The notes beneath the pieces are model-generated. The model was not told where the DNA came from, did not search any database, and saw only the letters and a program-made list of their open reading frames with translations. Made by a program: the position numbers and the translations under genes. Positions 13,537 through 25,747 of a stretch of 64,000 nt of DNA are shown in pieces (within the stretch, counting starts at the first letter, position 1; each line of letters begins with the position of its first letter). This DNA comes from Heterodontus francisci (lineage: Eukaryota): positions 122,125,593 to 122,189,592 of the forward strand of contig NC_090378.1 in the NCBI RefSeq assembly GCF_036365525.1, in the 5' to 3' direction.

Positions 13537-13569
13537 CTGATATTTATCTCTGAACCGACGTCACTGAAA

Positions 13570-13745
13570 ATGTTCATTTACCTCATTGCTGTTTGTGGGA
13601 TCTTGCTGTGCACAAATTGTCTGCCACATTTCCTACATTCCAACAGTGACTGCTCTTTAAACAAGTCCTTCATTGTCTGTAAATGACTTTGGGAGGTCCT
13701 GAGGTGTGAAATACTCGATATAAATACAAGTCTTTCTTTTCTTTT
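13570..13745 (+). mobile_element. Deu-type SINE 3' fragment
   Basis: gggatcttgctgtgcacaaatt...ctttggga..tcctgaggt...aaatacaagtctttcttt is shared with the fuller copy at 14150-14537. Confidence 0.65.
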
Positions 13746-14149
13746 TATTAACCGGGAGCTCCCACAATACCCTGTTGATTAAAGCTGAACCCAGCAGAAA
13801 ATCCACAGAAAACTGACTAATGTTTGTCTGATTTGTCTGTGTGTTTATTAGACATGACTGAGCAGATAGCAAGAGTTTCAGCAGCAACAAAGGTGTCACT
13901 CTAGTGCCCCTCCCACTTTCCCCATCGACTTACATAATACTTACAGGGAAAGGGCTCAGCATCTGCCATCGACTGGTTAAATGTCACCCCTCTAGACTAC
14001 AGGTCTCCCGCAATCTGCTCTCCATCTCTCTCCTGAAGGCACTATCTCTGGCTGGGGCACAGCTCCACCCTCCCCAAGTGGCCTCATTCCTCCAAGTGTG
14101 AGCCGGGAGGTTGAGAATGGCAGACTATTCGACTGTGAGGTGTTAGTGT

Positions 14150-14537
14150 TGTCTCAGTGGGTAACACTCTCACCTCTGAGTCAGAATGTCGTGGCTTCAG
14201 GTCCCACTCCAGAGACTGGAGCACATAATCCAGGCTGACACTGCAGTGCAGTATTGAGGGAGTGCTGCATTGTCAGAGGTGCTGTCTTTCAGATGAGACA
14301 AACTGACGTCTGCCCTCTCAGGTGAATGTAAAGGATCCCACTGCACTATTAGAAGAGCAGGGGAATTCTCCTCGGTGTCCTGGACAATGTTTATCATTCA
14401 ACCAACAGCACTGAAAATCAGATTATCTGCTCATTATCACTCAGCTGTCTGGGATCTTGCTGTGCACAATTGGCCATAAAACACTTTGGGACATTCTGAG
14501 GTGGTGACAGGCACTATAGAAATGCAAGTCTTTCTTT
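14150..14537 (+). mobile_element. tRNA-headed SINE (DeuSINE/SacSINE1-like)
   Basis: Pol III A-box-like tcagtgggtaac and B-box-like gcttcaggtcc, central aaaggatccca..gcactatt.gaagagcagggg..ttctcc..ggtgtcctgg block, and tail aaatgcaagtctttcttt. Confidence 0.7.
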
Positions 14538-14969
14538 GAGTTTGGAGACTCCTGATCCTGACCCTCGCGCACACTCTCACCTTCCAGGGGTCATGGGATC
14601 ATTTGGAGCAGTGACCCTGCCTGACCCCAGTACACTGAGACTGATTATAACCTCACCCTTGACCTCACCCCAGTGTTGGACAAGAAGGTTTGAAATGAAA
14701 TCGAAACCTTCCACACCGACACCCAACATGAATCCTTTCTGACATGTGTTGATACAAGTCTGCTCCAGTGTTCCGGAGAAAGTTCTCCGGATGTGTGTGT
14801 GATCTGAGATTTGTTAACACTGAGCCTGTTTCCTCCAGATAGACTGATCTACAGTTCGAGCTTCCTGTCAGGTTAACAGTGTCTTAAAGGGACACTGAGT
14901 CTTTAAACACTCTTACTATTAACCATTTCAGTGCTGAATTGGTGATAAACCTTCATTAGAGACGTTTAA

Positions 14970-17900
14970 ACAGAGAAACATAGAAAGATTTACAATGCAG
15001 ATGAGGCCATTCGGCCCATGGTTTCCATGCCAGCTGAAAATGAGTTAACAAACCTAATCCCACTTTCCAGCTCTTATTCCCATATCCCTGTAGGTTTCGG
15101 CACCTCAAGTGCATATCCAAGTGTTTTTTCAATGTGATGAGAGTTTCTGCCTCTACCACCCTTTCAGGCAGTGAGTTCCAGACCCCCAACACCCTCTGGG
15201 TGAAAAAATTACTCCTCAATTCACCTCTCATCCTTCCACCAATTAATTTAAATCTATGCCGCTGGGTTATTGACCTCTCTGCTGCGGGAAGTAGGTCCTT
15301 CCTATCCACTCTATCTAGGCCCCTCATAATTTTATACACCTCAATTAAATCTCCCCTCAGTCTCCTCTGTTCCAGAGATAACAATCCCAGCCGATCCTAT
15401 CTTTCCTCATAGGTAAAATTCTCCATTCCTGGTAACATCCTCGTAAATCTCCTCTGTACCCCCTCTTGTTTGATCACATCCTTCCTGTAATGTGGTAACC
15501 AGAACTGTACACAGTTTTCTAGCTGTGGTCTAACTAGTGTTTTCTACAGTTCTGGCATAACCTCCTTAACCTTATACTCCAGGCCTCAGCAAATAAGGGC
15601 AAGCATCCCGTAAGCCTTCTTAACCACCTTATCTAGCTGTCCTGCTACCTTCAGGGATCTGTGGACATGAACTCCAAGGTCCCTCAGTTCCTCTACACTT
15701 CTCAGTATCATCCCATTTATTGGATATTCCTTTGCCTCGTTTGTCCTCCCCAAATGCATTACCTCACATTTCTCTGGACTGAATTCCATTTGCTATTTTT
15801 CTGCCCACCTGACCAGTCCATTGATATCTTCCTGCAGTCTGCAGCCTTGTTCCTCATTATCAACCGCAAGGCCTATTTTTGTATCATCTACAAACTTCTT
15901 AATACCCCTTCCATTTAAATCTAAATCATTGAAAGACACTATAATCAGCAGTGGACCCAGTACTGAGCCCTGCAGAACCCCACTGAAAACAGCTTTCCAC
16001 TCACAAAAACACCCACCGACAATAAAACTTTGCTTCCTGTCACTGACTCAATTTTTGATCCAATTTCCCACTTTTCCTTGGATCCCATGGGCTTTTAATT
16101 TTCTGATCAGTCTGCCATGTGGGATCTTATCAAAGGCCTTGCTAAAATCCATGTCGACTCTTTCAAACATGACGCCCACTTTGACACTCCTTGTAACCTC
16201 CTCATGAAATGTAATCGTTAGTCAGACACAAACTTCCCTTAACAAATCCATGCTGACTGTCCTGAATTAATCCCGTGCTTCTCTAAATGATGGTTTTTAC
16301 TGTCTCTCAGAACTTTTTCCAATAATTTTCCCACTGCCGAGGTTATGCTGACTGATCTGTAATTACTTGGTCCATCCATTCTTTCCTTTTTAAACAACAG
16401 TAGAACATTAGCAGTCCTCAGGTACCATGCCTTTAACCAGAGAGAATTGGAAAATGAGGATCAGAGCCTCCGCTATTTCTTCCATTGCTTCCTTTGCAGC
16501 CTGGGATACATTTCACCTGGGCCTGGTGATTTATCCATTTTCAAGGATGTAAAACACCTTAATATTTCCTCCCTCACTAAGTTTATCCCATCCAAGATTT
16601 CACACTCCTCCTCCTTCACTACAATGTCTGCTTTGTCACTCTCTGTGAAAAAAGGCACAAAGTATTCATTCAGAAACATGTCCACATCCTCCGCCTCCAC
16701 ACACAGGTTAGGTTTTTGGACTCCAATTTACCCCGCTCTTTTCTTAGTGATTCTCCGGCTCTTTATGTATTTATTAAACATCTTTGGGTTTTCCTTGATT
16801 TTACTAGCTCATATTTTTTCATGTCCTCTCTTTGTTTCCCTAATTTCCTTTTCAATTTCACCCCTGAACTCTCTACACTTCTCCAGGTTTTCTGCAGTAT
16901 CAAGATCTCAGAATCTGATACAAGTTTCCCTTTTGTACCTTATCCTACTGTGTATGCTCTTTGCCATCTGTGGTAAATGGAGATTTGGGAGTCTCACCCT
17001 TTTTCTTTGTGGGAACATGTTTGTTCTGAGCCCTCACTATCTCCTCCTTGAATGCCTCCCACTGCTCTGACACTGGTTTACCTTCAAGTAGCTGTTTCCA
17101 GTCTAATTCTGACAAATCACATCTCAGCTTAGTAAAATTGGCCTTTCCCCAGTTTAAAACTTTTACTCTTGGTCCATCTTTATCCTTTTCTATAACTGCT
17201 CTAAATCTAACTGAATTATAATCACTGCCACTAAAACACTCTCACATTGATCCCCTTCCACCTGCCCAGATTCATTCCTGAAAACTAAGTCCAGAACTGT
17301 ATCTTCTCTTGTTGGTCTTTCTACTGATGAGAAAAGTTCTCCCGAATGTATTTTAGGAATTCTGCGCCCTCTGTACCTTTTATACTGAATTTATCCCAGT
17401 TAATATTTGGAAAGTTGAAATCCCCTCCTATTACTGGCCTGTTGTTTCTGCACTTTTCAGTAATTTGCCGACACATTTGCTCTTCTCTCTCCCTCTGACT
17501 GTTTGAGGGTCTATAGCAGGAGTCTGGAACCTGCGACTCCGGAGCCACATGTGACTCTTTAACAGCTCATTTACAGCTGCCAACCTTTTCCAGTTGGATC
17601 ACATTAACATGAAAAAGGCCGAAAAAATTCAGTCAAGGAAAGTAAACCGTGTTTTTATTGTGGGGATAAAAGACTAATCATTATGTTGTACTTTATAGTT
17701 TCAAATGATTATTTGAATGAAAAGCATCATCATTGTCTAAATGAACTTGTTTGAGTGGTACAGCTTCCATTGGAGGAACAGTTTTTATGTTTGTGACCAT
17801 TATTGTTTCTAATATCACTGAGATGATAAATTATTCTGCTATTACAAACTTCTTTTTTATTACGAGAATCAATAGCTGAAAAAATTGTCTTAATTCTGCA

Positions 17901-18450
17901 CATCTGAATTTAAATTTTTTTTTTAAATTTTGACTTTACTGACAAAATTATACAAAAACAAGTCAAAAAATGCAATAATTCAGAGTGAAACCTATTCTGA
18001 TTTTGACTTTTTTTCTATTGATACATAAATTCAATACATGTATTTTATTTATTATATATACAAAGTGTGCATTCTACCAGAGGCACTTGGCAATTTAGAA
18101 GGTATTTGGTTTAGAAATGCTGAATTTTGGTCTTGACACTGCCAGTAGTTTTTATTTTAGGTAATATTTTTGAAAACAGTCTCTTCAGGTAATAAAGGTT
18201 ACCGACCCCTGGTCTATATATAGTGCAGCAATGTGATTGCCCCTTTTTTGTTCCTACGTTCATTCAAATGTCCTCATTCGATGATCCTGCTTGAATATCA
18301 TCCCTCCTCACAGCTGCGATTTTTTCTTTTGACTAATATTGTGAAACCCTTCTCCTTTTTTCTCTCCCTCTCTATCCCATTGGGAAACTCAGTATCAGGA
18401 ATATTGAGCTGCCATTCCTGCCCTTCTTTCAGACTCATTTCAGTAATAAC
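14970..18450 (-). mobile_element. Decayed CR1 LINE (ORF2 remnants), interrupted by a hAT insertion
   Basis: Minus-strand peptides LEQRRLRGDLIEVYKIM, FSPEKCEVMHLG, KSPGPGEMYPR and GDFNFPNINW. 3' end near 14970. The sequence resumes at 18212 after the hAT element. Confidence 0.92.
17517..18211. mobile_element. Non-autonomous hAT (Charlie-like) DNA transposon, 695 bp
   Basis: TIRs caggagtctggaacct / aggttaccgacccctg (13/16 match) and 8-bp target duplication gtctatag (17509-17516) / gtctatat (18212-18219). AT-rich interior. Confidence 0.88.
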
Positions 18451-18451
18451 T

Positions 18452-19303
18452 GTCATCAAGGCAGCATTTGAGTCTGGAATCAAGAAGCCCGAGCAAAACT
18501 AGAGTCAGTGTGAATCAGGGGGAAATCTCTCGACTGTTTGGAGTCATACCTAGCGCAAAGGAAGATAGCTGTGGTTGTTGGAGGTCAATCATCTCAGCTC
18601 CAGGACGTCACTGCAGGAGTTCCTCAGCATAGTGTCCTAGGCCCAACCATCTTCAGTTGCTTCATCAATGACCTTCCCTCCACCATAAGGTCAGAAGAGC
18701 GGATGTTCGCTGATGATTGCACAACCTTCAGCACCATTCGCGAATCCACAGAAACGGAAACAGACTATCTAGAAATGCAGCAAAACCTGGACACTGTCCA
18801 CGCTTGGGCTGATAAGTAACAAGTAACATTCGCGTCACACAAGTGAAAGGCAATGACTATCTCAAATAAGAAAGAATCTAACCATCTCCCCTTGACATTC
18901 AATGGCATTACGATCGCTGAATCCCCCACTATCAACATCCTGAGGGTTACCATTGACCAGAACCTGAACTGCAGTAGCCCTGTAAATACTGTGGCTACAA
19001 GAGCAGGTCAAAGGCTGGCCACCTAGGAGGAAAGGCCAGCAGTTGTATGGGAACACCAACACCTGCAAGTTCTCCTCCAAGCCACACACCATCCTGACTT
19101 GGAACTATATCGCCGTTCCTTCACTGTCACTGGGTCAAAATCCTGGAACTCCCTGCCTAACAGCACTGTGGGTGTACCTACCCCACATGGACTGCAGCAG
19201 TTCAAGAAGGCAGCTCACCACCACCTTCTCAAGGGCTATTAGTGATGGGCAATAAATGCTGGCCTGGCCAGCGACGCCCACATCCCATGAATGAATAAAA
19301 AAA
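18452..19303 (+). mobile_element. CR1-clade LINE 3' fragment (second family)
   Basis: RT motifs GVPQHSVLGPTIF and MFADDC, with 3' tail gggcaataaatgctggcctggccagcgacgcccacatcccatgaatgaataaaaaaa. The same family occurs inverted at 29530-29878. Confidence 0.88.
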
Positions 19304-19494
19304 ACTACCATATCATACTTCCAAGAGCAGTCGAACACAATTTAACCAGTTGAACATCAAACCATCCACTGTCTTTGTATTTTAGACTAAACCTAGCAAG
19401 CGAGGCAAATTAAGAAGTGATGGTGCTCATTTCTAACGATTCAACACCAGCCGTAGTTCATTAACTCAGCTGTCTGTTATCTGATGTGACATAT

Positions 19495-19730
19495 CCAAAC
19501 ACAGAAACACCCACAGAAACATACACATAAATATACACATAGAACACACAAATATACACAGAGAATACACAAATGTACAGACAGAACACACAAATAAATA
19601 CATGAAACACACAAATATATACAGAGGACACACAAATATACCGACAAAAGACACAAATATATACATAAAACACACAAATATATACAGAGAGCAAAAAATA
19701 TACAAATAGAACACAGAAATACACAAACAT
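19495..19730. repeat. AC-rich degenerate minisatellite just upstream of the C-exon acceptor
   Basis: About 21-bp units such as acacacaaatatacacagaga. Confidence 0.75.
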
Positions 19731-19763
19731 GCAGTGATTAACAGTTTTTCTCTTCTCTTTCAG

Positions 19764-20092
19764 GCCGAGAGAAGTCTCAACCCACACTGACCCTGATGCC
19801 CCCCTCGCCGGAGGAGGTCAAGGCCAAGGGCACTGCCACCCTGGTGTGCCTTGCCGATCACTTCTATCCCGATGAAGTGGGGGTGGAGTGGAAGAAGGAC
19901 GGTGCAGCCATTTTGGCCGGAGTTCAGACCAGCAATTACCTGCGAGCTTCGGACAGCACCTACAGTGTCAGCAGCCTGCTGACCCTCTCTGGCTCTGACT
20001 GGGAGTCCAACGCCCGCTTCTCCTGTGCCCTCACCCACGAGACCCTGTCCTCTCCCCTCAGTAAGAGTGTGAGCAGATCAGAATGTGTGTAG
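19764..20092 (+). CDS. IGKC: Immunoglobulin light-chain constant exon, cartilaginous-fish kappa (type III/NS4) class
   Basis: Acceptor ttttctcttctctttcag at 19763. Open frame (S)REKSQPTLTLMPPSPEEVKAKGTATLVCLADHFYPDEVGVEWKK...YSVSSLLTLSGSDWESNARFSCALTHETLSSPLSKSVSRSECV*. C1-set Ig motifs (ATLVC, FYP, W, CxxxH) and a penultimate Cys for the heavy-chain disulfide. In frame with J. Confidence 0.96.
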
Positions 20093-20521
20093 AATGTTAG
20101 AGACAGTCCGCAGAGGAGACACAACTTTAAATATAACAGGGGTGAGCTGGGAGGATAAAGGTCATTGTCAGCACGGAATTTCAACTCTCTTCCTTCTCGT
20201 GACTGGGTCTGAGACACCTCTGAGGATCAGGGGTCAAGGCACTAAATTGGGACAGTGTAGAGGGGGCTTTACTCTGTATCTAACCTGTACTGTACCTGCC
20301 CTGGGAGTGTTTGATTGGACAATGTAGACTCGTGATGCCAAGTAAAACCTCTCTAAGATGCTGAAGACTGTCAGCTGAGCTAAAATAATATGAACCTCAG
20401 AAGTCACCGCTCAGTAAACCAGACCTCCTTCCTGCTCACCCTGCAGTTACAATTTAAAGTTTAGTCTCTGTTTAAAGCGACAGGATTCTCATGTTATTGA
20501 GAAAATCTCCACAACTGTTTT

Positions 20522-20622
20522 AATAAACCTTCATTCTCCCTGTGAATTTCTCCAGCTTCCTCTCACTGAGCTGTTTATTCAAGTCTTTTTACTGTAAATG
20601 TAAATCTGTAAAAGGTAATAAA
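20522..20622 (+). terminator. Candidate polyadenylation signals of the light-chain transcript
   Basis: AATAAA at 20522-20527 and 20617-20622, about 430 and 525 bp after the stop codon. Confidence 0.55.
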
Positions 20623-20774
20623 CATTAAGAATATTCAGTAAATGTCTCGGGAGTACTTTGGAAATGTCCCACATTCCTGTCAGTTGATTGGCTGTATTTC
20701 AGCAAGTGATTCTAATGATTGGCTGGTTAAACTCTCAATCAATAGCACATTAGCATAAGATTTGATTACAAACA

Positions 20775-21296
20775 GAAATACAAACATATGAATTAGGAGC
20801 AGGAGTAGGCCACTCGGCCCCTCGAACCTGCTCCACCATTCAATAAGATCATGGCTGATCTGATTGTAATCTCAACACCACATTCCCTCCTAGCCATGAT
20901 AACCTTTCACCCCCTTGCTTATCAAGAATCTATCTTCCTCTGCCTTAAAAATATTTATAGACTCTGCTTCCATTGCCTTTTGAGAAAGAGAGTTCCAAAG
21001 AGTCACGACCCTTGGAAATAAAAGAATTCTCAACTCTGTATTAAATGGGTGACACCTTATTTTTAAATAGTGACCCCAAGTTCTAGTTTCTTCAACAAGA
21101 AGAAACAACCTTTCCACATCCACCCTGTCAAAACCCCTCAGGAATCTTATATGTCTCCATCAAGTCACCTCTTACTCTTCTAAACTCCAGTGGATATAAA
21201 CCTAACCTGTCCAACCTTTCCTCAGAGGAAAACCTGCACATTCCAAGTATTAGTCTAATAAACCTTCTCTGAACTGATTCCAACACATTTACATCC
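20775..21296 (-). mobile_element. CR1 LINE 3' fragment
   Basis: Minus-strand LESVQRRFIRLI...EERLDRLGLYPLEFRRVRGDL and RVVTLWNSLSQKAMEAES, with the typical 3' UTR. Confidence 0.9.
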
Positions 21297-24200
21297 TGTA
21301 GGTGTGTGTTTCGGAGTGTGTGTGGGTTACCCAATACTGTCTGTTCGGTGTGTGTGTCTGAGTGTGTGTGGGTTACCCTGTACTGTCTGTAGGTGTGTGT
21401 GTCTGCATGTGTGTGGGTTACCCTGTATTGTCTGGAGGTGTGTGTGTCTGAGTATGTGTGGGTTACCCAGTACTGTACGTCGGTGTGTGTGTCTGAGTGT
21501 GTGTGGGTTACACAGTACTGTCTGTAGGTGTGTGTGTCTGTGTGTGTGTGGGTTACCCTGTACTGGCTGTAGGTGTGTGTGTCTGCGTGTGTGTGGGTTA
21601 CCCTGTACTGTCTGTAGGTGTGTGTGTCTGAGTGTGTGTGGGTTACCCTGCACTGTCTGTAGGTGTGTGTGTCTGAGTGTGTGTGGGTTACCCTGTATTG
21701 TCTGGAGGTGTGTGTGTCTGAGTGTGTGTGGGTTACCCAGGACTGTATGTCAGTGTGTGTGTCTGAGTGTGTGTGGGTTACCCAGTACTGTCTGTAGGTG
21801 TGTGTGTCTGAGTGTGTGTGGGTTACCCTGTAATGTCTGCAGGTGTGTGTATCTGAGTGTGTGTGGGTTACCCTGGACTGTCTGTAGATGTGTGTGTCTG
21901 AGTGTGTGTGGGTAACCCAGTACTGTCTGTAGGTGTGTGTGTCTGAGTGTGTGTGGGTTACCCTGTGCTGTCTGTAGGTGTGTGTGTCTGAGTGTGTGTG
22001 GGTTACCCTATACTGTCTGTAAGTGTGTGTGTCTGAGTGTGTGTGGGTTACCCTGTCCTGTCTGTAGGTGTGTGTGTCTAAGTGTGTGTGGGTTACCCTG
22101 TCCTGTCTGTAGGTGTGTGTCTCTGAGTGTGTGTGGGTTACCCAGTACTGTCTGTAGGTGTGTGTGTCTGAGTGTGTGTGGGTTACCCAGTACTGTCTGT
22201 AGTTGTGTGTGTCTGAGTGTGTGTGGGTTACCCTGTCCTGTCTGTAGGTGTGTGTCTCTGAGTGTGTGTGGGTTACCCAGTACTGTCTGTAGGTGTGTGT
22301 GTCTGAGTGTGTGTGGGTTACCCTGTCCTGTCTGTAGGTGTGTGTCTCTGAGTGTGTGTGGGTTACCCAGTACTGTCTGTAGGTGTGTGTGTCTGAGTGT
22401 GTGTGGGTTACCCTGTCCTGTCTGTAGGTGTGTGTCTCTGAGTGTGTGTGGGTTACCCAGTACTGTCTGTAGGTGTGTGAGTCTGAGTGTGGGTGTGTTA
22501 TAGAATCATAGAGTTATACAGCACAGAACCAGGCCCTTCAGCCCATCGTGTCTTTGCCAACCATCAAGCACCTATCTATTCTAATCACATTTTCTGGCAC
22601 TTGGCCCATAGCCTTGTATGCTATGGCATTTCAAGTGCTCATCTAAATACATCTTAAATGTTGTGAGGGTTCCTGCCTCTACCAAGTGTTCAGGCAGTGC
22701 ATTCCAGATTCGCACCACCCTCTGGGTGAAAATTCTTTTCCTCTAAGCCTCCTGCCTCTTAGTTTCAATCTATGCACACTGGTTATTGACCCCTCCACTA
22801 AGGCAAAAGGTTTCTTCCTATCTATCCTATCAATGCACCTCATAATTTTATATACCTCAATCAGGTCCTCCATCAGCCTTCTCTGCTCTAAGGAAAACAA
22901 CCCTAGCCTATCCAGTCTCTCTTCATAGCTATCCAGTACTCTCAGTAGGTTTGTATGTCTAAGGATGTGTGTATTACACAGTGCAGTCATTTGGTGGGTT
23001 CCTCTGAGAATGGGTCTGTTACCCAGTATTGTCTGTAGGTGTGTGTCTCTGAGTGTGGGTGTGTTACCCAGTACTGTCTGTAGGTGCGTGTCTCTGAGTA
23101 TGTGTCTTACCCAGTACTGTCTGCAGGTGTGTGTCTCTGAGTGTGTGTGTGTTAAACAGTACTGTCTGCAGGTGTGTGTCTCTGAGTGTGGGTGTGTTAC
23201 CCAGTACTGTCTGTAGGTGTGTGTCTCTGAGTTTGAGTGTGTTACCCAGTACTGTCTGTAGGTGTGTGTCTCTGAGTTTGAGTGTGTTACCCAGTACTGT
23301 CTGTAGGTGTGCATCTCTGATTGTGGGTGAGTTACCCAGTTCTGTCGGTAGGTGTGTATCTCTGAGTGTGGGTGTGCTACCCAGTTCTGTCTGGAGGTGT
23401 GTATCTCTGAGTTTGGGTGTGTTAGCCTGTACTGTCTGTAGGTGTGTGTTTCTGAGTGTGGGTGTGTTACCCAGTACTGTCTGTAGGTGTGTGTCTCTGA
23501 GTTTGAGTGTGTTACCCAGTACTGTCTATAGGTGTGTAACTCTGATTGTGGGTGAGTTACCCAGTACTGTCGGTAGGTGTGTATCTCTGAGTGTGGGTGT
23601 GTTACCCAGTTCTGTCTGGAGGTGTGTATCTCTGAGTGTGGGTGTGTTCCCCAGTACTGTCTGTAGGTGTGTATCTCTGAGTGTGGGTGTGTTACCCAGT
23701 TCTGTCTGGAGGTGTGTATCTCTGAGTGCGGGTATGTTACCCAGTACTGTCTGTAGGTGTGTATCTCTGAGTGTGGGTGTGTTACCCAGTTCTGTCTGGA
23801 GGTGTGTATCTCTGAGTGTGGGTGTGTTACCCAGTACTGTCTGTAGGTGTGTGTCTCTGAGTGTGGGTGTGTTACCCAGTACTGTCTGTAGGTGTGTGTC
23901 TCTGAGTGTGGGAGTGTTACCCAGTACTGTCTGTAGGTGTGTGTCTCTGAGTGTGGGTGTGTTACCCAGTACTGTCTGTAGGTGTGTGTCTCTGAGTGTG
24001 AGTGTGTTACCCAGTACTGTCTGTAGGTGTGTGTCTCTGAGTGTGAGTGTGTTACCCAGTACTGTCTGCAGGTGTGTGTCTCTGAGTTTGAGTATGTTAC
24101 CCAGAACTGTCTGTCGGTGTGTGTCTCTGAGTTTGAGTGTGTTACCCAGTACTGTCTGTCGGTGTGTATCTCTGAGTTTGAGTGTGTTACCCAGTACTGT

Positions 24201-25650
24201 CTGTAGGTGTGTGTCTCTGAGTTTGAGTGTGTTACCCAGTACTGTCTGTAGGTGTGTATCTCTGAGTTTGAGTGTGTTACCCAGTACTGTCTGTAGGTGT
24301 GTGTCTCTGAGTTTGAGTGTGTTACCCAGTACTGTCTGTAGGTGTGTGTCTCTGAGTTTGAGTGTGTTACCCAGTACTGTCTGTAGGTGTGTGTCTCTGA
24401 GTTTGAGTGTGTTACCCAGTACTGTCTGTAGATGTGTGTCTCTGAGTGTGGGTGTGTTACCCAGTACTGTCTGTAGGTGTGTGTCTCTGAGTGTGGGTGT
24501 GTTACCCAGTACTGTCTGTAGGTGTGTATCTCTGAGTGTGGGTGTGTTACCCAGTATTGTCTGTAGGTGTGTATCTCTGAGTGTGGGTGTGTTACCCAGT
24601 TCTGTCTGGAGGTGTGTATCTCTGAGTGCGGGTATGTTACCCAGTACTGTCTGTAGGTGTGTATCTCTGAGTGTGGGTGTGTTACCCAGTTCTGTCTGGA
24701 GGTGTGTATCTCTGAGTGTGGGTGTGTTACCCAGTACTGTCTGTAGGTGTGTGTCTCTGAGTGTGGGTGTGTTACCCAGTACTGTCTGTAGGTGTGTGTC
24801 TCTGAGTGTGGGAGTGTTACCCAGTACTGTCTGTAGGTGTGTGTCTCTGAGTGTGGGTGTGTTACCCAGTACTGTCTGTAGGTGTGTGTCTCTGAGTGTG
24901 AGTGTGTTACCCAGCACTGTCTGTAGGTGTGTGTCTCTGAGTGTGAGTGTGTTACCCAGTACTGTCTGCAGGTGTGTGTCTCTGAGTTTGAGTATGTTAC
25001 CCAGAACTGTCTGTCGGTGTGTGTCTCTGAGTTTGAGTGTGTTACCCAGTACTGTCTGTCGGTGTGTATCTCTGAGTTTGAGTGTGTTACCCAGTACTGT
25101 CTGTAGGTGTGTGTCTCTGAGTTTGAGTGTGTTACCCAGTACTGTCTGTAGGTGTGTATCTCTGAGTTTGAGTGTGTTACCCAGTACTGTCTGTAGGTGT
25201 GTGTCTCTGAGTTTGAGTGTGTTACCCAGTACTGTCTGTAGGTGTGTGTCTCTGAGTTTGAGTGTGTTACCCAGTACTGTCTGTAGGTGTGTGTCTCTGA
25301 GTTTGAGTGTGTTACCCAGTACTGTCTGTAGATGTGTGTCTCTGAGTGTGGGTGTGTTACCCAGTACTGTCTGTAGGTGTGTGTCTCTGAGTGTGGGTGT
25401 GTTACCCAGTACTGTCTGTAGGTGTGTATCTCTGAGTGTGGGTGTGTTACCCAGTACTGTCTGTAGGTGTGTATCTCTGAGTGTGGGTGTGTTACCCAGT
25501 ACTGTCTGTAGGTGTGTATCTCTGAGTTTGAGTGTGTTACCCAGTACTGTCTGTAGGTGTGTATCTCTGAGTGTGGGTGTGTTACCCAGTACTGTCTGTA
25601 GGTGTGTATCTCTGAGTTTGAGTGTGTTACCCAGTACTGTCTGTAGGTGT
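21297..25650. repeat. 45-bp GT-rich tandem array in two subfamilies, split by a CR1 insertion
   Basis: Left unit gtgtgtgggttaccctgtactgtctgtaggtgtgtgtgtctgagt. Right unit gtgggtgtgttacccagtactgtctgtaggtgtgtgtctctgagt. The ORF track shows 15-aa periodicity. Confidence 0.97.
22501..22930 (-). mobile_element. 5'-truncated CR1 LINE inserted in the 45-bp array
   Basis: SYEERLDRLGLFSLEQRRLMEDLIEVYKIM on the minus strand, with the 3' tail at 22501. Confidence 0.92.
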
Positions 25651-25747
25651 GGCTGCTATGTTTTGAAGATGCAATGGCACGTTTCACTATCACAGACGTC
25701 ACAAGGAAAAAGGCCTTACTTTGACACTTGGAGGTGAAGAATTAGAA
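25645..25747 (+). mobile_element. Gypsy gag N-terminal remnant
   Basis: WLLCFEDAMARFTITDVTRKKALL*H.GGEELE resembles the W..RF.....I....K.ALLLH..G.E gag motif. Same strand as the pol remnant at 27071. Confidence 0.5.

Noticed and set aside
14360-14371. GGGGAATTCTCC as an intronic NF-kB site
   Set aside because: It is part of the conserved SINE core, so its presence is not evidence of an Ig enhancer.
21304-25737. Cys-rich and His/Thr-rich ORFs up to 1007 aa
   Set aside because: Artefacts of the 45-bp repeat read in multiple frames; one runs into a CR1 fragment.
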